NCBI GenBank assembly: GCA_026025795.1
Contig: JAPEUG010000132.1
Coordinates: 1 to 38,645, forward strand
DNA length: 38,645 nt
Source of the DNA: Thelocarpon superellum
Lineage: Eukaryota
Direction: 5' to 3'
Made by a program: the position numbers and the translations under genes. Shown one piece after another: positions 24,529 through 34,402 of the stretch (the first letter of the stretch is position 1; each line of letters starts with the position of its first letter). The notes under the pieces are model-generated. The model made no database searches. It was not told the origin of the DNA and worked only from the letters and a program-made list of their open reading frames with translations.

Positions 24529-25288
24529 TAATAGGCTCGCGGCGACCGCCTGCCTTGCGCATCATACGTATTGAAGGCCAATGTACCATGTCGGATCGCT
24601 GCTCCTCCGGATCAGACCAAGCATAGCGCCGTGCTTTGATACCCAACAAATCGCCCACATCAACCACCTTTGGCTCGCACACAGGTCACAAGCCGCTCGA
24701 GAATTTCGCCCCCTTGATTCTCTATATCATGGACGACTCACGCGTGAAATACTCGGATACCATACTCACCAACATTGGGAAGGCGCTTCGACGATTTGAT
24801 ACTTCGACCAAGCGCAAGTGGAAGGTCTCCTTGATCTGTTCTCATAGGTCTGTCGTATCGCGTATCTTATCCTGTAGCGTTTGAAGCGTTAGGGCATAGA
24901 GGAAGGAGTATTTGATCAGCATCTCCCTGGCGGTCTTGTGTCCGTATGTGTGCAGTGTGGTCATGATGAGGCACCCGAGGAAGACCGGCCAACTCGGCTA
25001 TACATGTACACACGTCAGTCAGACCTATCCTCTCGATCTACCAAGTGTACAACCATTGGCATCTCGGACTCGTGTGGAGAGTCCGTGTCCCTTGCGGGCG
25101 GAGCCAAAACATGCAAGTCCCTCACCCCTCAGCAGTTATGCGAAGCCGAAGCCAGCGAATCTGAAAGCATATGAAGTAGTACGTCACGGAGGACCCCACA
25201 AGAACACAAGACATCATTTAATCTGCAACTGGCTTAGAGCTACATCTCCCGTGTTGACGACACGTATATGATCCCCATTATCTTGCAT

Positions 25289-26305
25289 ATGGCGCCAAGA
25301 GTCTGATTACTCGCCGGGTGCTCCTCGGGCTTCGGAGCGGGTCTCGCCTTGACAGCCCTCCGACACGGCGACAAGGTTATTGCCTCATCGCGCACGCCCA
25401 GCAAGACGCCGGCTTTCGTTCAACAGGTCGAGAGCCAGGGAGGCACGTGGCTTGCGCTGGACGCGTGTGCGCCTATGCCATTGACGTGCTCAACGAAGCG
25501 CACAAGATCCATGGCCGCATCGACGTCCTCGTCAGTGATGCGGGGTACTCCCTGATGGGCGCGGTTGAGGACATGACGTGCGTGCCAAATCTACTGTGCG
25601 GGATCTCTATCATTATAAGGTAGGTCAAGCCTCGAGCTGAGCCGCCCGCTTGGAGCACGACGGCGATCAAGAGTGCCACGAGCAGATGGAGACCAACTTC
25701 TTCGCACCGCTGCGGCTGATTCGCGGGGACCTTCCATTCGTGCGCGCGCAGAGGCACGGGACGCTTGTGAATGTGACTGGCATTGCAGGTCTCGATGGGC
25801 TGCCTGTCTGCGGACTCTGCGCGGTGTCCAAATTCGCACTCGAAGGTGGGTGACTCCACTTCTTTCCTGGGCCTCCCTGCTCCCGCGCTCTTTCGCTATC
25901 TCATCATTCTCATTTCTAGGGATGTCGGAAGGTCTCACGCGTGAGATTGAATCTTTCGGGATCCGGGTGTTGATCGTCGAGCCCGGAGGATTCCAGACCA
26001 AGTTCCTCTCGGCGATCAAACCGACGGAGAGCGGGACAGGCACTCCCTACCTCGAGACTGCCGTCGGTCAGGTCCTTGAGTACTACAAGACCATGAGTGG
26101 CAAGCAGGCGGGTGATACTGATAAGGGGTGTCTGCGCATCTACGAGGTCCTGCCTGGCACCGGATTGGCCAAGGATGTGCCCATGCATCTAAGATTGCCG
26201 TTAGCTAAGGATTGTGCCCGCAGGACACAGGCCAAGGTGCAGTCGCTCCAAACGAACCTGTACGACTTGGTGGCCATTTGGTCGAGCGCCGATATTTCCG
26301 AGTAG
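25289..26305 (+). pseudogene. Classical short-chain dehydrogenase/reductase pseudogene
   Basis: MAPRV*LLAGCSSGFG has a TGA at 25304-25306. There is a 1-nt frameshift at ~25475, VSDAG in place of the NNAG motif, intron-1 acceptor CGG at 25661-25663 instead of CAG, and catalytic YxxSK reads CAVSK. The C-terminal part (GIRVLIVEPGGFQT) is intact. Confidence 0.9.
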
Positions 26306-26903
26306 ACAACAGCACGAGGACGAGCAGCAGGGGGCACCAATATTATTTATGAGCGAAGTGGTTCCACTTCGCTCTCCAAAATGAGGCAGGAGCAGAGGTC
26401 AAAGAGTACGAGCGTCCAGATGGTTTAGGCTGGCCACTGCATAGAGGCCTTGTACGAAGTACCCGGTCCCAGAGTAAACTCATGAAAGAACCCCGCAGAG
26501 TATTCGCGGAGGGATGCCGTGGCTCGCACTGGGAAGTTCAAGGCTGGGTACGGCATGCCTGTACCCGCTGGGACTCGAATCGGAGACTGATGACTACTGC
26601 CAGTCGGCAAAAGACGAAACCGACGGGACGGCTTTCTCTGCGGAGTGGGCTCGCTGTGGTCTGTAGTGAGAGAAAGGAGACGCGAATACATCGACGAAGG
26701 ACCCGCAAGCCTTTCCTAGCTACGCGGGCAGACATCCGACCGCGTCGCAAGCCTACGGCGATCGAGGGAATTCAAGAACGCAAGCCGTCATGTTTTCCAC
26801 CCCAGCCAATTACAATCAACTTGACTTTGAGGTAAAGGCACCGGGGCCGGCATGCGTGTCATGCAGCACGTAAAGTGAGACGAAGAACCCGCCCACGGCT
26901 CCC

Positions 26904-28146
26904 ATGGCCCCTTCCTCTGCCTTGCACACGCTGTTCTCGCCTGCGGAGCTCTCGTATCTCCAAACGTCCCTCGCCCTTGACCCTCCGATCCGACCTGACG
27001 GCCGCGCCCCGACCCAGTTCCGCCCGCTGACGGCCGAGACTGATATCCTGCCCGCGACCAATGGCAGTGCGCGGATCTGCTTTGCCGACGGCACGGAGGC
27101 GATTGTCGGCGTCAAGGCAGAGGTGGAAGATTCCTCTTCACCAGCAGTCGCGGTAGATGGCGAGGCAGCAGAGCGCAGTGGAGAACGAGCGACTCCTGAA
27201 GGGGACCATGCAAACCCGACGGGCCAAAGCGACTGGGTGGACCTCTCCATTGAGATCCCCGGGCTTCGCGATGACGACGCCCTGCCGGTCTTCGTCGCCG
27301 CCATGCTCAATGAAGCTCTGGTTGCCTCTGGTAGCCTTCCCAGACGATTATACATCAATCGGCGATTTCACTGGAAGCTACACATTGATGTGAGGACCTC
27401 CTGTGCATCCATCCATACCCCCTCCAAGTTTAATCGAGCCGCAGATCCTCCTCCTCTCCCCCCCACTCTCCTACCCTCTCCCTTTGCTCTCGTTGACGAC
27501 GCACCTGGCGCTGCTCTCGACGCGTCTCCCGCGCCTCAAGTCCGAAGGGGAGGAAGACCCCATGTTCGACGACGACTGGGAAGCCTCCGTGGCGCTGTAC
27601 CCGCGCGACGGCAGCCGCAATGACGACAGCAAGCAGCCCAATGTAACCGACCGACCACCCGTCACCCTCCTCGTCATGACTGTGGCCTCCAACATTATTT
27701 TCGACCCTAGCAAGGAAGAATTGGCAGTCGCAGATGGCATCCTCGCTCTCTCAGTCGGCAAGGACCGCCTCGCGCACCACCCCTCCTCGAACCCGCGCCA
27801 GCGTCGTCTTCGTCTCCTCGCCACACGCACGATCGATCCCCCGTCCCGCCTCACTCCGGCGGGCGTGCCCAACGCTGCCATCCCCCCCGCTGCTGCCCCT
27901 CCAACGCCGTCGTCCGCTGGGATGGGGGCAGGTGTCCCGGCGGGAACAGGGACGGGTACAAGCACGACCGCAGTCGACGACACCACCGCCCAGCGGGAAA
28001 AGCTACGTCAAGAGGGGAAAGTATGGACGCCGCCGCGTGGCGGACTCAAACGTGCCCTCGTCGCCCGCATCGTCACGCAGGTCCTGCGGCCGGGTGGCGT
28101 GGCCGACGAGGTGCTGGATGGCTTGGAGGCTGTCGATGTCGGGTAG
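26904..28146 (+). CDS. RRP42: Exosome complex RNase PH-like subunit Rrp42; exons 26904-27389 and 27445-28146
   Basis: FSPAELSYLQTSL...PIRPDGRAPTQFRPLTAETDILPATNGSARICFADGTEAIVGVKAEV...WKLHID/ILLLSPPLSYPLPLLSLTTHLALLSTRLP...DPMFDDDWE...IIFDPSKEELAVAD. Confidence 0.9.
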
Positions 28147-28283
28147 TCTCATATGTCACACCCCACTCGTACTTCCTCTCTGGCGGTCTACGGCCGTGTT
28201 CGACATCTCCTCGCTCCCGAAGTGTAATGCTGCACGATGCCAACGCGGTGGTCTATCCATACATGTAGAATCGTGGCGCAGGC

Positions 28284-29343
28284 CTACCATATCCCCAGCC
28301 ATCGCTTCACGGGTTGCTTGGGGCCGTCGACATCGCTCCGTGACACGCTGGGATCAGGAGACGAAATCCCGACGACCTGCCGCGGCGACTCCGGATCCGA
28401 TGCCGACCCGGGAGCCACGGGACTGTTGTCAAGGGCGCCATCCGCCGCACTCGCCCCCACTTCGACCTCGACTTCCACCACCGGGTGCTCCGTCCCTCGA
28501 ATACCGACGGTCTTCCGCCGCGACGCGGAAGTCAGCTCCTCGAAGCCCATTTCCCTGCTCAGGCCGTGCGCCTCGCGGTACTGCACGCGCTTGTCCGCAT
28601 CGTCCAGCTTGCGCTTCCGCTCTTCCGCCGTCTCGGCCGCGCGGTAGGCCGTGTGGAGCTTCAACACCTCCCCGGTCGCGCGGGTTGCTTTGATCGGGTG
28701 CGCCATCGCTTCCGACGCTGCGGGCAGCATGTCGCCGAACGGCGAGGTGCGGCGGAAGTTATCCAGCGTCGTGTAGAATGCGAGGCTGAAGAGTGTGCCC
28801 TGTTCGTCCACGGACCAATAAGCTTCGATCTTTACTCATCGAAAAGTTCCACGGAGGGTGCCTTCAGACGAAAATGCAGGAGTAGGTAGACGCATCCTAA
28901 GAAAGACACGGGAGCGGTATTGCACGGGAAGAAGTGGAAGAGAGCCTCCCTACCAATGTGATCCAGATATGGATAGCCTTGTTGTTGAGAAACCAGTGCA
29001 TGAAGGTGCCCTCGGGCGGCATCATGTTCGGGTATTGTTTCGTCTTCTGGTGCTCGATGTCTTGTGCGGAGAGCGGCGGACCAGGATACGACCGAGACGC
29101 GGCGTTGTTGACACGTCGGGATGGATGAGAGGGCGGATTAAACTTTGATGGCTTCTCGAGCACGCGTGGTTTCGCCGAAGAAGATGAAGATGAAGATGAG
29201 CTTGTTGTTGATGTTGAGGCGTCTTGTCGTCTCTGGCTCGCTGGTGATGCACGTCTTGATATTGTCCCGGCGGGCCTGATATGCAGCAATGCGTGTCCTA
29301 CAACACCCCGCGGGAGAAGGTAGCGCGGAGGAATTGACGCCAT
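28284..29343 (-). CDS. Conserved-looking fungal single-pass protein, probably mitochondrial; exons 29343-28954 and 28799-28284
   Basis: R/S/A-rich, acid-poor N-terminus resembling a presequence. Core VLEKPSKFNPPSHPSR...KQYPNMMPPEGTFMHWFL, one hydrophobic helix spanning the splice junction (IHIWITL/GTLFSLAFY), and C-terminal KRWLGIW*. Confidence 0.8.
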
Positions 29344-29704
29344 CTTACTTCAGACCTGGGTGAAGGGAACGGATCTGGAATCGGTGAAGGTTGGTACCGT
29401 CACCCTTCGTTCCTCGTGAGACGTGATGCTCGTCAAGAAGTTACACGACTTTCGCTCGGGCCTTCTTATGCGCTTACGTAAACGACTTATCTTGGAGTAC
29501 AGCTACAAGTCATGGATCAACGGCAGCCAATTCTAGTCAACGACTTCAGTTCTAGAGTAGAGATGTGCTTAAATTCACCCTCGCCTTCAATGCCCCCTCC
29601 AATGACTGATGGATCCATACCTCCATCCAGATCATCCTTTCTCTAATCGTACAGACGTCGTGGCGGTTGGGGACGGAACGGACGCCATTGCGGAAGGACA
29701 CGGT

Positions 29705-30528
29705 CTATGCAGTTGCTTCGCGGAGGTGACTGGGACAGATTAGAGAGAGACATTGCCAGTCTGAGGTCGGACGTACGTGATCAGGTCGTTTCGGTCTTTG
29801 GCCTTCTTCAATCCACCAAAGGCCATCTTCGTGCCCGGAATGTACTTCTTGGGGTTCTCGAGGTACTCGAACTGTGACGAGTTAGACGTTTCGTGCATCA
29901 AGCACCACTCGAGTATCCGGCCTACCAGCGTATCCTCTTTCCAGTGAATGGCCTTTTGCTTGTTTGCGTCCGTGTACTGGAAGCCCTCGACCTGACCGGT
30001 CTGTCGACCAAAGAGCCCGTGAAGGTTCGGCCCGATCTTGTTGCCCTCGCCGGCCTTGAGAGTATGACATTGGGCGCATCTCGTCTGGAGTGGCGTCAGA
30101 AATGGTACCTCGTGTAGGATCGAGGTGCGTTAAGCGGAGTCGCAGTAGACGACCGGCGGCGTACCTTGAAGAGGTTGGCGCCCTTGGACGCGTCACCTGT
30201 AACGTCTGTATCAGTTTTTCGTCTTCTTCCTCTCAAGAACAAGGAGGCGAGTAGTGATGGCACGAGACAAAGAGTCTTATCGCGTGGCGGAAGGCCGGTC
30301 ACCGCTCGACTATTCTCTGCCCACCCGTGCGCCGGAGAGATTTGCCATCGCGGGGACAAATGGAGCGCCGCGACGCATCTAGCAATGGCCAGAAGGACAG
30401 GTCGGGGTGCTCCTTCACCCTTGCGGGAGATGAATGGGCGCGACGGGGCGCAAGTGGGCGGATAACATGGTGACGTCGTGAAGGGAGATGCGCGCAGACT
30501 TACCGTCGGAAAACGAGTCCTTGCCCAT
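29705..30528 (-). CDS. CYC1: Cytochrome c; exons 30528-30504, 30196-30165, 30084-29926, 29871-29777, 29729-29705
   Basis: Spliced [49 protein letters not shown]...[39 protein letters not shown], with the CxxCH haem motif and axial Met. The ORF track misses it because of the short exons. Confidence 0.98.
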
Positions 30529-31118
30529 TGGAACTGATCAAACGTGAGTATCGAGGGGAGGAGAGCGAATCGAAGGGTAAATGTGATGGTTAAGAGAAGA
30601 GGCTCGAGCTGGCAGAACGCTTGGAGATACAGGACACAGGTTGGCCGGGTAGAGAAATTCTGGTGAGCGAAAAATCTTGGATGGTGACGAGAACGAGTAT
30701 AAGAGGCCTCTCATAGGTCGGAAGGCCATGTCGCTTCTGCATGTGCTGGAAGGGGAATGTTTGCTGGCCTCTCGGGCGTCGGGCGTCGGGCATTGTCGGC
30801 TACGTAAATCACCCAAAAGCGTTAGGCCCCTTTTGCGGAAGTGCACTGCGGGACGACTCGGCTCTCTGTTGTGCCTGGTCGAATCGCCCCTGGGCTGTAG
30901 CATGGAGTGGGAGGATGAACTCGTGAACGAGTCGTGAACGAGGGAGCATTTATGGTTCGCCATTTGATCCCGTGAAGTCGGCGAACAGTGATGTCGCGAT
31001 CAGAGTCATTCGATTGGCACCTACAAAGGATATGAGGTACCTAGACTGAGCGAGACTTTGACGCAGCCTCTGGCCAATGAGAGATATGTACGGAATGGAC
31101 CGAGACCTGTATGCACCG

Positions 31119-32155
31119 TCATTGCGCCTTGGGATGTCCGTCCTCGTCTTCATCATCTTCCTCATCGCCATGAACATCCACCACCTTCTCCCCTGCCTTT
31201 TCCAGCGTTCGTCGACTCCACATGCGTACTCCTTTGTAGACGCCCTGTGGGTGCCTGGTTAGCTACGTCTCCGTCATCCACTCGGGTGACCCACCCATAG
31301 AAATGTGCCCACGCCAATCATGACGACGATCCAACTGATGGACGCCAACCGGTCCCGTCCAGAGCCGCCTCCGGTTCGGCCTGGGGCATGTAATAACCCG
31401 GAGCTTCGTAGATTCCACCACTGCCACGGCGACATGGCAAACAGCACCTTGACGAAGCTCAAGAGACCAAGCGACGCCAAGCCCTTGAGAAAATGTTCGA
31501 TCCAGGTTGGAGGCTCGTCGTCCGGAAAGAACGCTTCCGGCTTGAGGGATCGTTTGGAAAAGGGGACGGACGAGATGGTCGTGTACGGGTCCAGGTAGAG
31601 GTTGATGATGGGGTCCGCGATGAAGCCGAGCAGGAACATGGTGAACATCAGGATGGAGATGGTCAAGACGAATTGCGTCGCGGTGCTGCTGATCCACGCG
31701 GCCCATCGCATCCGCTCAAGTCGGTAGCGGAACCGACACGTGGGACATTGCCAGTAGTTCCGCTTTCCATAGGCCGGATCGGCATGTCTCCACGCTTGTA
31801 AGCAGCCCTCGTGCACGTAACGGGACGACCCTCTGCAATTGCAGGGTCGGATCAATCGACCTGACGCCGGGTCGGACGAGATGTACACGACGGCCGGTGA
31901 CGGACTGATGATGCCTGGCAGACTGGAAGCAGGTGGCTGGAACGTTGGTTGCACGGTCTCCAGGCAGATCCGGCATGTTCGTGGCGGGTAGCGTCTCTTG
32001 GGTCCTTGGCCCGGGGATGCTTTCCCACCTGCAGGCTCACCATTGCCCGGGTTCGAGGGGCGATCCTGCTTCGGGTCGCTCGAGAGCGGAGCGGTCGTAG
32101 GCCTCACGTGGACCCAGGACCAGGTGTCATCCTCCTCAAATGCAGAGGTGTCCAT
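31119..32155 (-). CDS. RING-CH (RINGv, C4HC3) membrane E3 ubiquitin ligase; exons 32155-31295 and 31244-31119
   Basis: CRICLE...LIRPCNCRGSSRYVHEGCLQAWR...CPTCRFRY, then three hydrophobic segments and an acidic tail (GVYKGVRMWSRRTLEKAGEKVVDVHGDEEDD). Confidence 0.9.
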
Positions 32156-32666
32156 GCTGGCTGGAGGCCGGACGCCGACAAAGAACGACGGGTCGCGTGG
32201 TGCTAAGACGAGGGGTCAGCACTTCCCATGACCTCATCCGTGCCATCTGCGTCTTTGGAGCGGACCTCTTACCTGCAACAAACGAGCTCGGTGCAGAGAC
32301 TGAGGATCAAGATCGACCAAGACGATCATGACGTCCGTCTTCACATCGACTTCGCGCTGAAACGGTGGCCCTTTTTCCGTTTGGAATGGATGCTGAGCAA
32401 TCGGAAGCTCGGTGGAGTGCCAGCCGTTGCTGACTAAGGGTACGAGCGAGGAGCTTCCAGTAGCGCAAGATGACTTCGTCAGTGCAGCAGCCTGGACAAA
32501 CATCCCGTCGACACCATCAACGAGCTACGAGTTGGACGGTCTTCATCCTATCCCCATCATAACGTTGCAGCACGGCAGCACGTTATTCCTTTGACCGTCG
32601 ACCGAGCTTCTCGTCAAGTCTCTCGTCGGTCATTGCCTGGCCGATCATCAGGCAAGGTGGCTCGCC

Positions 32667-33743
32667 ATGGCTGACCGCTACTCCTTCTCCTTGACCACAT
32701 TCTCGCCCAGGTAAGCTTTGCCATGGTCTCTCTCGTGGGCAATGAGACTCGTGCTGATTCCTCTACAGTGGGAAGCTGGTGCAGATAGGTGTGTGACCTG
32801 TATTGATGTCCTCTGGTCGAACTCTCCACATGATCATACTGACCGCAATCAATGAGCAGAGTACGCCCTGAATGCGGTCAATCAAGGTGTCACCTCGTTA
32901 GGGATCAAAGGTAGGTTCCTCTACTGCGTTGGGCCTGTCACACGCTGACGACCCCCTCGTAGCGACCAATGGCATTGTTCTGGCAACGGAAAAGAAGTCC
33001 TCGTCGCCTCTGATCGACCCCCCGTCGCTCTCCAAAGTCAGCCTCATAACCCCCAACATCGGCATGGTTTACTCTGGCATGGGACCCGACTATCGGACAC
33101 TGGTCGACAAAGCACGAAAGGTGTCACATACCGAATACAAGCGCATCTACAACGAATATCCACCCACGCGAATCCTGGTCCAAGATGTGGCTCGGGTGAT
33201 GCAAGAGGCGACGCAATCAGGTGGCGTACGGCCATACGGGGTGAGCTTGCTGGTGGCCGGGTGGGACGATGGCATCGAGCCAGATACGGAGGTGGTGGAT
33301 GACGAGAACAACGATGCGAGCGGCGAGAAGAAGCCATCCGGGAAGACCGGGGGCATCCTCAAGGGCGGGCCGAGTCTGTACCAGGTGGATCCGAGCGGGA
33401 GCTACTTTCCCTGGAAAGCCACGGCAATCGGGAAGAGCGCAACGAGCGCCAAGACCTTCCTGGAGAAGCGGTATACAGATGGGCTGGAACTCGAAGACGC
33501 CATTCACATTGCCCTCCTCACGCTCAAGGAGACCATCGAGGGAGAAATGAACGGCGAGACGGTCGAGATTGGTGAGGACGCTCCTTTCATCATGTGTCGC
33601 CTCTTCCAAGCTGATCCATCTCAGGCATCGTGGGTGCGCCCGCCAACCACCTGCTGGGCTACGAAGGAGTAGAAGGAGCACAAGGGCCACGATTCCGCAA
33701 ATTGACCCCGCAACAGATTGAGGACTACCTGACGAATCTTTGA
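32667..33743 (+). CDS. PRE8: 20S proteasome subunit alpha-2; exons 32667-32710, 32769-32788, 32860-32910, 32963-33571, 33625-33743
   Basis: [50 protein letters not shown]...[17 protein letters not shown]...[20 protein letters not shown]...[16 protein letters not shown]. Confidence 0.98.
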
Positions 33744-34402
33744 GGTGATTGCCCACCGTTCTCAAACCCTTGTATTCTAGGTCGGCGTGCATACCATGTC
33801 ACACGTGTCTGTGCACTTCTAGTCCGAGAAGATGAAGATGGCATCCTTGTAGTCACTACTTACGGTGAACTGCGAGCAGCTGAAGCAGTAGAGCACGCGG
33901 GATGGAAAATTAGGTTGATCCAGCCGACTTGCCATTGCCGCTCCGGCCCTCACTGCACCAGACGCAGCATAGGACATCTCCATACGAGGACGTGTACGAA
34001 CAAGAATTGCGGAGACCACATGTGCGAAGAGCGGTCTGACTCTGCGCACCCAAGCTACCCTCACGTCCAAAATAGTGTGGGTGTCATGTGACGTTGTGAT
34101 GACGCATATCGACGCAGGACAGATACGCGCACCTCTCGAACAGTTTACGAGTGACGATTCCTCATTTGAGACTGGACGTTCGTCATTTTCAACTACACTG
34201 TAGCAACCTGAAAGAAAAAGGAAAGAACGAAGGGAAGGAAGAAGAGATGCGGCATCCAATAAGGCATCTTAGGCACCCAAGGCACCGCCAGCAGATATCG
34301 GACCGAAACCCGCCAGCTCCCCTTCTCCCCAAGTATCGTCCACGACGTGATGGATATGGAATGGGGCAACAAGAAGAAGAAGACGACCGCGTCGACGGTC
34401 CT

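Noticed and set aside
24540..25260. Possible transposon or gene fragment between the secreted-protein gene and the SDR pseudogene
   Set aside because: I saw no terminal repeats, target-site duplication or transposase/RT motifs, and the short ORFs are unrecognisable.
21649..25306. UGA reassigned to Trp (alternative nuclear code), suggested by two TGA codons at probable Trp positions
   Set aside because: ATE1, PRE8, the RING ligase and others end in TGA at their expected C-termini, conserved Trp codons elsewhere are TGG, and the SDR has independent inactivating lesions.
26565..26590. tRNA T-loop-like GATTCGAGTCCC on the minus strand
   Set aside because: It lacks the GTTC consensus and no cloverleaf stems can be formed around it.
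3540..33743. A protein-degradation gene cluster (ATE1, RING-CH ligase, PRE8)
   Set aside because: ATE1 is over 25 kb from the other two, with unrelated genes between. Only the divergent RING/PRE8 pair is retained as a finding.
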